From NCBI GenBank assembly GCA_012960845.1, contig DUAN01000191.1, positions 5,699 to 69,698 of the forward strand: a stretch of DNA of 64,000 nucleotides, written 5' to 3'. The DNA is from Planctomycetota bacterium (GTDB lineage Bacteria > Planctomycetota > UBA8108 > UBA1146). Each line of letters starts with the position of its first letter. The stretch's first letter is position 1. This document shows positions 53,647 to 63,123 of the stretch, piece after piece. The position numbers and the translations under genes are program-made. The notes beneath the pieces are model-generated. The model saw only the letters and a program-made list of their open reading frames with translations. It was not told the DNA's origin and did no database searches.

Positions 53647-54312
53647 CTAGCCATGAAACAGGACGATCTGGACCCTTCCTGGCCCATGAACCCCGGTGAT
53701 CAGCACCCCTTCAATATCGGCTGTTTTCGAAGGACCCGTGACCAGGGTCATGCAGGAAGGGAGATCCTCCGGCGAGGTGGAGAGGTCGAGAAGATCTTCT
53801 ACGATTCGAGAATCGGCAAGCAATACCAGGTGGTTGGGCGGGACCAGCGATGTCAACCGCGACTCCTGATCGGAGCCGGTGACCACCACCGACCCGGTGC
53901 TGGCGACGGCTGCCTTCGCCATGGTGATCCCGCACTCGATCTCCTGATACATAACATCCAGTTCGACATCCTCTCCGGCCACCCGGATCGAAGATTCATT
54001 CATCTTCTCGACGAGTTCCTGTTCGATGATGGGATCACTGGAAATCTGGACCGATGTAATCGCCGCTTCGGTGAGAAAGTTCGCAGCCACCTTGGCCACT
54101 TCCGCTCGCGGACAGATCAAGACATCCATCCCCACTGCGCGAGCTCGATCGACGAACAGAGCCCGCAGATTTTCTCTTTCATCCCCTGAGCCTGGCAATG
54201 AAGGTCGCACCATGTCGTGATCGACCACCAGCGGCTCCACCGATTGTCCAGGGGATCGACCCAGAGCCGCTCGAATTCGATCGAGAAATATATTCCTGGC
54301 GGTGCCCTTCAT
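53647..54312 (-). CDS. lutC: Lactate utilisation protein C (LutC/YkgG, LUD domain)
   Basis: Last gene of the lutABC-like operon. MKGTARNIFLDRIRAALGR... start (54312) overlaps the LutB stop (ATGA). The track ORF to 54447 is a 5' extension. Confidence 0.65.
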   Translation of the reverse strand: MKGTARNIFLDRIRAALGRSPGQSVEPLVVDHDMVRPSLPGSGDERENLRALFVDRARAVGMDVLICPRAEVAKVAANFLTEAAITSVQISSDPIIEQELVEKMNESSIRVAGEDVELDVMYQEIECGITMAKAAVASTGSVVVTGSDQESRLTSLVPPNHLVLLADSRIVEDLLDLSTSPEDLPSCMTLVTGPSKTADIEGVLITGVHGPGRVQIVLFHG

Positions 54313-55829
54313 CGAACCGCCCCTCCTCGATCTCGCCATCGTTTTCGAAAACTGCGACTTGCAGGAAGGATCAAATCCCGATCTCTGGTCCATCCAGACA
54401 AGGGACCTGGCGCACTTCTGAGGCGATCCGATCCTCCGGAGAAACAACGCAACAAGTACCGGTGAATCGTTGCGGCGATTCGATAGTAGCGATCAGAAGA
54501 GAATGCCATCCGCATTCCCCACAGTGCCATCCTCTCTCCGGTGGTTCCGCGGCGCTTGCGAGTTTTCCGACGCAGTGCCACGAGCATCCGCGGCAAATCG
54601 ATGTTGACGGGGCACGCCTCGTAACATGCACCGCAGAGGCTAGACGCCTCCGGTAGAGTGGGATTTCGGTCGAGACCTTGCAGCAGTGGAGTGATCACCG
54701 CTCCGATCGGACCGCTGTAGACTGACCCGTAGGCGTGTCCGGTGGCCTTGCGATAGACCGGACAAGCATTCAGGCATGCTCCACAGCGGATGCACCCCAG
54801 AGACTCCCGGAATTGCGGGTCTGCCAGGATTCGAGTCCTCCCGGCATCGACCAGAACCACATGCATCTCCTCGGGACCATCGAGATCGTCCGGACGACGG
54901 GGTCCGGTCAAGACCTGGGTGTAACAGGTCAACGGCTGTCCGGTCGCCGATCGTGCCAGCAAGTGGAGTAAAAACCAAAGATCCTTGAAGGCGGGAACCA
55001 GTTTCTCGATGCCCACTACCGCGATGTGCGTAGGGGGTGCGGAGGTACAGAATCGTCCATTGCCCTCGTTGGTACACAGCACCAGCGATCCACTCTCCGC
55101 CACCAGAAAGTTGCCGCCAGAGATCCCCAGATCTGCTCGACGATACTTCTCCCTCAGATGTTCACGAGCGATGCGAGTCAGTTGTTCCGGCTCCTCGGTG
55201 TACTCGGCACCGAGTTCTCTGACAAAGGCCCGGGCCACCGACTTTCGATCCTTGTGGATCATCGGCATCACGATGTGACTGGGAGCATCATCGTCGATCT
55301 GGATGATGAACTCACCGAGATCGGTTTCCACCGTCTCGACTCCAGCGGCCTCCAACTGGGGAAGAAGATGGGTCTCCTCGGTCACCATGCTCTTCGACTT
55401 CACACATAATTTGGCATTCTTCTCGCGTGCAATTTCCACCACGATTCGATTCGCCTCTTGATGATCGCTGGCGAGATGGACTCGTGTCCCGGCCGCTTCT
55501 GCCCGTTCAATCCAGGTTTCGATGTAGTGATCCAGATGATCGATGGTATGACGCTTGATCTCGCCTGCGATCGATCGGATTTGATCGACATCGTCGCCAA
55601 ATGCTTCCTTGAGAACATCCCTGCGAGCCTGATCCTTGAGGGTTGTGGCTTCTCTCACGGCCGATTGAAGAGACTCATCCTCGAGGAACTGCTGGGCTCG
55701 CGGGCGGATGTCATGGACCCCTCGTGGAAACAGAATCGGCTCACCATCGACACTGGTGGGAGGAGTTGCGGGATCCTTCAACGGGTATCCTGCTCCCTCG
55801 ACTGAAGTCCCAGTGCCTGACAGAACCAC
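54309..55829 (-). CDS. lutB: Iron-sulfur lactate utilisation protein LutB/LldF
   Basis: Two 4Fe-4S motifs CIRCGACLNACPVY and CGACYEACPV. DUF3390-like C-terminus. Confidence 0.85.
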   Translation of the reverse strand: MVLSGTGTSVEGAGYPLKDPATPPTSVDGEPILFPRGVHDIRPRAQQFLEDESLQSAVREATTLKDQARRDVLKEAFGDDVDQIRSIAGEIKRHTIDHLDHYIETWIERAEAAGTRVHLASDHQEANRIVVEIAREKNAKLCVKSKSMVTEETHLLPQLEAAGVETVETDLGEFIIQIDDDAPSHIVMPMIHKDRKSVARAFVRELGAEYTEEPEQLTRIAREHLREKYRRADLGISGGNFLVAESGSLVLCTNEGNGRFCTSAPPTHIAVVGIEKLVPAFKDLWFLLHLLARSATGQPLTCYTQVLTGPRRPDDLDGPEEMHVVLVDAGRTRILADPQFRESLGCIRCGACLNACPVYRKATGHAYGSVYSGPIGAVITPLLQGLDRNPTLPEASSLCGACYEACPVNIDLPRMLVALRRKTRKRRGTTGERMALWGMRMAFSSDRYYRIAATIHRYLLRCFSGGSDRLRSAPGPLSGWTRDRDLILPASRSFRKRWRDRGGAVR

Positions 55830-56602
55830 TCCGCCACGTGCTGGATCTCGACTGGAGTTCCTCGACGCGAGAGCCGACCCTCGATGTTGATGGTGCAGCC
55901 GGTGTCATTGCACAGCAAAACAGGTGCATCGCTCTCTTCCAGCGCCGCACAGCGATCCTCTGCCAAGGCTCCCGAGATCGCTCCGAACTTGCTGGCGAAG
56001 GTGCCGCCAAATCCGCAACACTGCTCCTCCTGGCGCAATCGCTTCACTTCCAGCCCCGGAATCGACTCGAGAAACCGACCGGATGCATCGAACCGGTTCA
56101 ACTCCCGTAAGTGGCATGAAGGGTGCCAAGCGACCACCGAGGCGGCATTCCCCGGATCCCCGACGATCTCATCGGGAGCCAGCCCCAGTTCTTCTTCGAT
56201 GAACTGCACCAGTTCTCGGGTGCGACGCGCCAACGACTGCACTTGGGCCGGAACCACGCTCTCCGACCCGAACAATTCCACCGCATGGCGAGTGATCATC
56301 GCGGCGCACGATCCAGAGGGTGTCACGATCCACTCATCCCCCTCGAAGATCCGGGCCATCCGCAAGACCATGGCCCTTGCGGCTTCTTCGTCGCCGGAGT
56401 TGCGATGCGCCTGACCACAACAGGTTTGCCCTTCGGGAAAGATCACCTCACAGCCCAGATGCTCCAGCAACAAGGCGGTCGCCTCCGCCGCTTTAGGGGC
56501 AAACTGGTCCGCAAGGCACGGAATAAACAGCAAGATGCGCAAGCTCTGGCCTCCTCCATCCGCCTCCTCCGATAAAATCGGCCTGAAGACACTCTTCGCC
56601 AC
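55778..56602 (-). CDS. lutA: (Fe-S)-binding lactate utilisation protein LutA (CCG-domain protein, GlcF-like)
   Basis: LFIPCLADQFAPKAAEATALLLEHLGCEVIFPEGQTCCGQAHRNSGD and a second CCG domain ...VAWHPSCHLRE. Confidence 0.85.
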   Translation of the reverse strand: MAKSVFRPILSEEADGGGQSLRILLFIPCLADQFAPKAAEATALLLEHLGCEVIFPEGQTCCGQAHRNSGDEEAARAMVLRMARIFEGDEWIVTPSGSCAAMITRHAVELFGSESVVPAQVQSLARRTRELVQFIEEELGLAPDEIVGDPGNAASVVAWHPSCHLRELNRFDASGRFLESIPGLEVKRLRQEEQCCGFGGTFASKFGAISGALAEDRCAALEESDAPVLLCNDTGCTINIEGRLSRRGTPVEIQHVAEWFCQALGLQSREQDTR

Positions 56603-56750
56603 ACCGAGAAGATCACCTCGCAGCGGCTCCCGGGCAAGTCACTGCATCCCTGATCCTTGACACCCAGCGCTCACCAGAGGACTCTCATACCATCGTGGAG
56701 GACCACCTCCGACGAGAAATTCTGGCCGCTCATTCCCGAGGAGGTAAACC

Positions 56751-57803
56751 GTGGCGTCCATTCAGGGCCCAGCGCTGTTTCTGGCGCAATACATGGCCGA
56801 TGAGGCCCCCTTCGACAACCTCGACACCATCGTCGACTGGTGCAAGGATCTCGAATACACCGGCGTGCAGATTCCGACCTGGGATCCCCGTTGTATCGAT
56901 CTCGCCCAGGCCGCTGAATCTCAGGGTTATTGCGACGACTGGAAAGGTCGGCTCGAACAGAAAGAGATGGCCGTCACCGAACTGTCGACTCACCTTCAAG
57001 GACAACTGGTGGCTGTCCATCCCGCTTATGACTCGATGTTCGATGGATTCGCTGCAGACGCAGTGAAGGGAAATCCTGCCGCTCGAACTGAATGGGCCAT
57101 CGAACAGGTCAAGCAGTGCCTGAAGGCAAGCCAGCGGTTGGGGCTGACATCGATGGTCACCTTCAGCGGAGCGCTCGCATGGCCCTATGTCTATCCGTGG
57201 CCACAGCGCCCCGCAGGACTGATCGAGGAAGCGTTCTCGGAACTGGCCAGGAGGTGGAAACCGATCCTCGATTATGCCGACGAGTGTGGGGTCGATTGCT
57301 CCTACGAGATCCACCCCGGCGAGGATCTCCATGACGGGGCCTCCTTCGAACGCTTCGTCGAGGCGGTCGGCGGTCATCCACGTGCCTGCATCAACTACGA
57401 TCCGAGTCATTTCGAATTGATGGCCCTCGACTATGTCGACTTCATCGATATCTACCATGACCGGATCAAGAGTTTCCATGTCAAGGATGCAGAGCTGGTG
57501 CGCTCGGGAAGGACCGGTGTCTACGGTGGCTACCTCGACTGGAAGGATCGCTCCGGCCGCTTCCGCACCCCCGGTGAAGGCGCCATCGATTTCTCTGCGA
57601 TCTTCACGGCCCTGACTCGCCACGGTTTCGACGGCTGGGCAGTGGTCGAATGGGAATGCCCCTACGAACACTCCTCGGTCGGAGCAGCCAAGGGCGCCGA
57701 GTTCGTCAATGCTCACATCATCCAGGTGACGGAGAGTTCCTTCGACGATTTTGCCGGCGGTAGCGATCCGGCAGAGAATCGCAAGATCCTGGGACTGGAC
57801 TGA
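56751..57803 (+). CDS. Sugar phosphate isomerase/epimerase (xylose-isomerase-like TIM barrel)
   Basis: YEIHPGEDLHDGASFERFVEAVGGHPRACINYDPSHFELMALDYVDFIDIYHDRIKSFHVKDAE. Confidence 0.8.
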   Translation: MASIQGPALFLAQYMADEAPFDNLDTIVDWCKDLEYTGVQIPTWDPRCIDLAQAAESQGYCDDWKGRLEQKEMAVTELSTHLQGQLVAVHPAYDSMFDGFAADAVKGNPAARTEWAIEQVKQCLKASQRLGLTSMVTFSGALAWPYVYPWPQRPAGLIEEAFSELARRWKPILDYADECGVDCSYEIHPGEDLHDGASFERFVEAVGGHPRACINYDPSHFELMALDYVDFIDIYHDRIKSFHVKDAELVRSGRTGVYGGYLDWKDRSGRFRTPGEGAIDFSAIFTALTRHGFDGWAVVEWECPYEHSSVGAAKGAEFVNAHIIQVTESSFDDFAGGSDPAENRKILGLD

Positions 57804-57816
57804 GGAGGATCGAATG

Positions 57817-58953
57817 AGTACTCGGGTTCGGATCGGAATGATCGGCGGTGGCCAGGGAGCATTCATCGGTGGAGTGCACCGCATCGCACTTCGGATGGAT
57901 GATGCCTTTGAACTGGTCGCGGGCTGCTTCGGAAGAGATCCCAACAACACCCAAGCCACCGGTGCAGAACTGGGGCTCGATCCCGATCGCTGCTACCCCA
58001 CCTGGGAACGGATGATCGAGGCGGAATCACAACTTCCCCCCGAACAACGCATCGAGGCGGTCAGCATCGTCACCCCCAATCATGTCCACCACGGCCCGGC
58101 AAAGGCCGCGCTGGAAGCGGGATTCCATGTCATCTGCGACAAGCCTCTCTGCATCTCGCAGGAGCAAGCGGACGATCTGGCCGCTACCGTCGAGAAGACC
58201 GGCATGGTCTTCGCCCTGACACACAACTACTGCGCCTCTCCGATGGTGCGTGAAGCGCGGGAGAGGATCGCCCGAGGAGACCTGGGAACGATTCGAAAGG
58301 TCTACGTCGAGTACCTGCAAGGCTGGCTCTCCGAGAAGCTCGAGGACTCCGGTCAGAAGCAAGCGGACTGGCGAACCGATCCTGCCCGCTCCGGGCCGGT
58401 CGGTGCCCTCGGTGACATCGGCACCCATGCGCACCAGTTGCTCGAATTCGTTTCTGGAGATCGAGTGACCTCCATCTACGCAACCCTGCAGACCTTGGTC
58501 GAGGGTCGAGCCCTCGACGACGACGACATGATCCTGCTCAAGATGGCCAGTGGAGCCACCGGAACCCTGTGCTGCAGCCAGGTATGCTTCGGCAAGGAAA
58601 ACGGTCTCAAGCTGCGCATCTTCGGTACCGAGGGAGCCATCGAGTGGGACCAGGAACAGCCCAATGATCTGAAGGTGATCGGTAGCGATGGAGCGGCGAC
58701 GACAATTCGCACGGCGACCGAAGCTGCCGGCGAAGCGTCCGCCACTCTCACCCGGACACCCGCCGGACACCCGGAGGGTTACCTGGAAGCATTCGCCAAC
58801 ATCTACAGTGCATTCGCCCGAGCGATTCGCCAGCAAGAGCAGCCGGTGGCCGACCCGTTCCCGACCGTCGATGACGGAGTCCGTGGAATCCGTTTTGTCG
58901 GTGCGGCACTCCTCTCCAGTGCAGAAAATCGCTGGGTAGACATCCCCGAATAG
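57817..58953 (+). CDS. Gfo/Idh/MocA family oxidoreductase
   Basis: MSTRVRIGMIGGGQGAFIGGVHRIA Rossmann start, about 14 nt after the upstream stop. ...VSIVTPNHVHHGPAKAALEAGFHVICDKPL. Confidence 0.85.
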   Translation, partial: STRVRIGMIGGGQGAFIGGVHRIALRMDDAFELVAGCFGRDPNNTQATGAELGLDPDRCYPTWERMIEAESQLPPEQRIEAVSIVTPNHVHHGPAKAALEAGFHVICDKPLCISQEQADDLAATVEKTGMVFALTHNYCASPMVREARERIARGDLGTIRKVYVEYLQGWLSEKLEDSGQKQADWRTDPARSGPVGALGDIGTHAHQLLEFVSGDRVTSIYATLQTLVEGRALDDDDMILLKMASGATGTLCCSQVCFGKENGLKLRIFGTEGAIEWDQEQPNDLKVIGSDGAATTIRTATEAAGEASATLTRTPAGHPEGYLEAFANIYSAFARAIRQQEQPVADPFPTVDDGVRGIRFVGAALLSSAENRWVDIPE

Positions 58954-58964
58954 GAGACCGCCAG

Positions 58965-60140
58965 ATGACCGACTCGTACGCACCCAAGCCTGAAGACCGA
59001 TTCACCTTCGGCTTGTGGACGGTGGGAAATCCCGGAAGGGACCCGTTCGGTCCGGCGGTTCGCCCGACTCAGGACCCCTGCGACCTGGTGAGAAAGTTGG
59101 GCGAGATCGGTGCCTGGGGGGTCAACCTCCACGACAACGATCTGGTCCCCTTCGGTGCCAGCGCATCGGAGCGCGACACCATCGTCGGCAACTTCAAGGC
59201 CGCCTGCGAGGAGAGCGGCATCGTCGTTCCGATGGCCACCACCAACCTGTTCAGTCATCCGATCTTCAAGGACGGCGCCTTCACCGCCAACGATCCGAAG
59301 GTCCGTGCTTTTGCCCTTCGTAAGACGATGGACGCCATCGATCTTGGAGTCGAGTTGGGTGCCCAGAACTTCGTCTTCTGGGGCGGCCGCGAAGGTACTG
59401 AAGCGGACGCATGCAGAGACCCACGCACTGCGATCAAACGCATCCGTGATGGCATGAACTTTCTCTGTGAATACGTCAAAGACCAGGGATACAGTCTTCG
59501 TTTCGCCCTCGAAGCGAAGCCCAACGAACCGCGCGGCGACATCTACTTCGCCACCACCGGTCATATGCTGCACTTCATCGAGACCCTCGATCATTCCAAG
59601 ATGGTCGGAGTCAATCCAGAAGTGGCCCATGAAACGATGGCGGGACTCTCCTTCGTCCACGCCGTCGGCCAGGCGATGGAAGTGGACAAATTGTTCCACA
59701 TCGATCTCAACAGCCAGAAGATCGGCCGCTACGACCAGGACTTCCGCTTCGGCGCTGAAGATCCGAAACAAGCTCTGCTGCTGATTCGATTGCTGGAAGG
59801 CACCGCCGGGGGTGAGCGCTGGGAGGGCTCGCGACACTTCGACGCCCACGCCTATCGCACCGAAGACATCGACGGCGTGTGGGACTTTGCCAGCGGTTGC
59901 ATGAGGACCTACAACATCCTCAAGGAACGAGCTCACGCCTTCGACAGCGATCCGGAGGTCCGGGAGTTGATCGCAGACATCCGCGACCCAGAAATCGATC
60001 CGTTACTGAAGGACTACTCCCCAAAGAAAGCAGCATCCCTGCGGCAACTCTCCATCGATCCGGATGCCATCGGTGCGATCGGACTGGCATGGGAACGCCT
60101 CGATCAGATCTTGATCGAACACCTGCTCGGAACGAGATAG
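58965..60140 (+). CDS. xylA: Xylose isomerase, class I (short, actinobacterial type)
   Basis: PEDRFTFGLWTVGNPGRDPFG N-terminus is essentially the Streptomyces/Arthrobacter XylA start. FHDNDL, FWGGREG, and EAKPNEPRGDI signature blocks. Confidence 0.9.
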   Translation: MTDSYAPKPEDRFTFGLWTVGNPGRDPFGPAVRPTQDPCDLVRKLGEIGAWGVNLHDNDLVPFGASASERDTIVGNFKAACEESGIVVPMATTNLFSHPIFKDGAFTANDPKVRAFALRKTMDAIDLGVELGAQNFVFWGGREGTEADACRDPRTAIKRIRDGMNFLCEYVKDQGYSLRFALEAKPNEPRGDIYFATTGHMLHFIETLDHSKMVGVNPEVAHETMAGLSFVHAVGQAMEVDKLFHIDLNSQKIGRYDQDFRFGAEDPKQALLLIRLLEGTAGGERWEGSRHFDAHAYRTEDIDGVWDFASGCMRTYNILKERAHAFDSDPEVRELIADIRDPEIDPLLKDYSPKKAASLRQLSIDPDAIGAIGLAWERLDQILIEHLLGTR

Positions 60141-60146
60141 CCGCAA

Positions 60147-63050
60147 ATGCCTGATCAAGAACAGCCCGATCTGGAGAACATTTCCGTGGAATTTCCCGGA
60201 CATGAGGTCCTTTCCCTCCTCGGCGAAGGTGGCTTTGGCGAGGTCTACCGCTGCAAGGAGTTGACAGGCCTCGGTCGCGAGGTCGCCATCAAGGTGATTC
60301 GCCTCGGCATGGGAACCCGTGAAATCCTCGCCCGATTCGATGCAGAGATGCACGCCCTGGCCAAGATGAACCATGAAAATGTCGCCCGGGTCATCGGCAG
60401 TGGTTCCACCGAAAAGGGTCGCCCCTACTTCATCATGGATTTCATCGATGGACCCACCCTCGCCAACTGGGTCGACCAGCATTCTCCCTCGCTGGCGGTG
60501 CGGCTGGAGATGATGCAGCAGATCTGCTCTGGAGTTCAGCACGCGCACAGCAAGGGAATCATCCACCGGGACCTGAAACCCGGCAACATCATCATCACCG
60601 AGCACGAAGGAAAGCCGCGGGCCAAGGTGATCGACTTCGGACTCGCCAAGGCGCTCTCCGATCCACTCACCGACAAGACGCTGATGACCGGCGATCGTTA
60701 CGTGCTCGGCACCTGGGATTACATCAGCCCTGAACAGGCGTGGAGTCATGGATCCGATGTGGATATTCGAAGCGATGTCTACTCCCTCGGCGGCATCCTG
60801 TATCGATTACTGACTGGACAGGCTCCCCATGAAGGACTTCGAGGCCATCACGAAACTGAAATCCTGCGGATCCTCAAAGAAGAGACTCCAGGCCGTCCGA
60901 GCCGAAGACTTCGTGAGTCGTCAGACCGCTACAACTCCGAGGCTTCTCCCGCTCTGCGAACCGAACTGGACTGGATCATCCTGAAAGCACTGGAGGTGGA
61001 ACCGGATCGACGCTATTCGACGGTCCAGGCACTTTCTGAGGATATAGAACGCCACCTCCTCGGCACCGAACCGGTCGTCGCTCGCCCCCCCAGCATCGCC
61101 TACAAGTGGAACAAGTACATCCGCAGGCACCGCAAATCACTGGCAGCCACAGCGCTCGTCATCATCGCTCTGAGCGCTGGAATCAGTTGGGCCCTGATCG
61201 AGCGAAATCAAGCCCAGGCACGAAGCCAGGAACTGGAACAGCTGACACGGTTCCAATCGGAGCAACTCGGATCGCTCGATGCTCACGCCATGGGGATCAC
61301 CCTCAGGGAAGGACTCGCTTCGAAACTGGCGGGACTTGCCCAGAGAAATGGGCTCGATGCCGAAGAGACCGCACAACTGCTCGAGGGATATGAAACTCTC
61401 GTTTCGGGCGCAGACTTCACCGGACTCGCCCTCGAATCCCTCGACACGCACATCTTCAAGAAAACCGAGGAGGCGATCGCCGAGGAGTACACAGACCAGC
61501 CGCTACTGAGGGCTCGCCTGCTCCACACCCTCGGCAGGGTGATGTTCAGCACCGGTCTCCTCGAACGAGGCATCGGTCCTTCCACCGAAGCACTGAGCAT
61601 TCGAAGCAACTTGCTCGAAGAGGGAGACGATCAGCTCCTGAAGTCGAAGCGATTGCTGGGACAGGTCTACACCAGGTTGGGCAAGATCCCCGATGCGCTG
61701 ACTCTACTGACGGAGGCATACGAAACCAGCCACAGGATCCACGGCCCTGACCACGAGCAAACCATCGAATCGATGAGTAGCCTTGGAGATTTCGAGGCGA
61801 GACGCGGAAACTTGCCCCGCGCCGAGGAGTTACTGACCAGCGCTTTCGAGAGTTTGCTGCGGAGCCGCGATGAGGAAGATCATGACACCTATCTGGCGAG
61901 AGGGCGTCTCGCCTGGCTGCTGGCGATGCAAGGTGATTTCAAGCGCGCAGAGGAGCTGATCCGTCAATCGATCGACGGCCTCCGCTCCGTCGTCGGGAAT
62001 GACCACATGGATACGCAGTCTGCCCTGACCGTTCTCGGAAACCTGCTCGGCATGCAGGGCAGGTACGACGAGATCACCCCCTTGTTCGAGGAGGTGCTCG
62101 AGACCCGACGACGCATCCTCGGAAATGAACACCCACAGACACTGATGGCGATCAACAGCATGGGGCATCTCCTGCACCGCCAGGGAACTCTCGATCAAGC
62201 GGTGGTGCTCTACAAGGAGAGCCTCGATGGTTGCCGGCGCAACCTCCCCAACGCCCATCCCGATACGATGCTCGCTGCCAACAACATCGGTGTCCTGCTG
62301 CTGGACCTGGGAGAGCTGGAAAAAGCAGAGCCTTACCTGCTCGAAGCCCGTGAAGGCAGGGAGAAGATTCTGGGTCTCGACCATGTCGACACCCAGACCT
62401 CCAGGAATGATATCGGCATGTTGCGGTTGGAGCAGGGGGATCTCGCCACCGCAGAAGATCTGCTCCTTTCCAGCCACCGCTGGTTGCTGAACCATCACGG
62501 GCCAGGGCACCTGGTGCCCTTCGAATCTCTCGACCGATTGAGGATCCTCTACGAGGAGACCAACGAGCCCGATAAGTTTGTGCAGTTGTGGCACGAAATT
62601 CATGACCCCATCACTGACACTCCCGCGGCATCATCCCCTGCAGCCCTGGCTTCATTGACGAGATTTGGTTCCCTGCTACTGAATCAGGAGAAGTTCAGCG
62701 AAGCACGGGGGATCCTGGCACCCGCTGAGGAATCAGCGGCCAAGATCTTGCTCACCGAAGATCCTCTCCGATGCGCAGAGTTCCTCTGCTCCCTCTGCCT
62801 CGCCCTGCTCGGCGATGAGTTCGATGGTGCATACGACAAGATCGAATCGAGGCTGAACGATGCCCATCAACTCGCGCTGGAGGCGGAAGGTCGGTCCGAT
62901 CCGGTGAGTCTCTCGTGCCAGCGAGCATTGATCTTGCTCTACTCGAAGTGGCACGATGCCTCCCCCGATGGAGGGTTCGCAGAGAAACTCGCCCAATGGC
63001 AAGACACTCTTCGCGATTCGATGGAGGCCGCCGAACCCACTAGCGACTGA
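60147..63050 (+). CDS. Ser/Thr protein kinase with a transmembrane segment and a long TPR-repeat C-terminal region (967 aa)
   Basis: Kinase subdomains GEGGFGEVYRC, AIKVI, HRDLKPGNIII, DFGLAK, SPEQ. TM helix LAATALVIIALSAGISWALI. Multiple TPR-like repeats follow. Confidence 0.85.
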   Translation: MPDQEQPDLENISVEFPGHEVLSLLGEGGFGEVYRCKELTGLGREVAIKVIRLGMGTREILARFDAEMHALAKMNHENVARVIGSGSTEKGRPYFIMDFIDGPTLANWVDQHSPSLAVRLEMMQQICSGVQHAHSKGIIHRDLKPGNIIITEHEGKPRAKVIDFGLAKALSDPLTDKTLMTGDRYVLGTWDYISPEQAWSHGSDVDIRSDVYSLGGILYRLLTGQAPHEGLRGHHETEILRILKEETPGRPSRRLRESSDRYNSEASPALRTELDWIILKALEVEPDRRYSTVQALSEDIERHLLGTEPVVARPPSIAYKWNKYIRRHRKSLAATALVIIALSAGISWALIERNQAQARSQELEQLTRFQSEQLGSLDAHAMGITLREGLASKLAGLAQRNGLDAEETAQLLEGYETLVSGADFTGLALESLDTHIFKKTEEAIAEEYTDQPLLRARLLHTLGRVMFSTGLLERGIGPSTEALSIRSNLLEEGDDQLLKSKRLLGQVYTRLGKIPDALTLLTEAYETSHRIHGPDHEQTIESMSSLGDFEARRGNLPRAEELLTSAFESLLRSRDEEDHDTYLARGRLAWLLAMQGDFKRAEELIRQSIDGLRSVVGNDHMDTQSALTVLGNLLGMQGRYDEITPLFEEVLETRRRILGNEHPQTLMAINSMGHLLHRQGTLDQAVVLYKESLDGCRRNLPNAHPDTMLAANNIGVLLLDLGELEKAEPYLLEAREGREKILGLDHVDTQTSRNDIGMLRLEQGDLATAEDLLLSSHRWLLNHHGPGHLVPFESLDRLRILYEETNEPDKFVQLWHEIHDPITDTPAASSPAALASLTRFGSLLLNQEKFSEARGILAPAEESAAKILLTEDPLRCAEFLCSLCLALLGDEFDGAYDKIESRLNDAHQLALEAEGRSDPVSLSCQRALILLYSKWHDASPDGGFAEKLAQWQDTLRDSMEAAEPTSD

Positions 63051-63123
63051 CTCGAGGCGATCGCCGACACCACCAGATGGTCAGGTACCCGGGAATATAG
63101 TTTCCTGAAGAAACGAGGCATCG

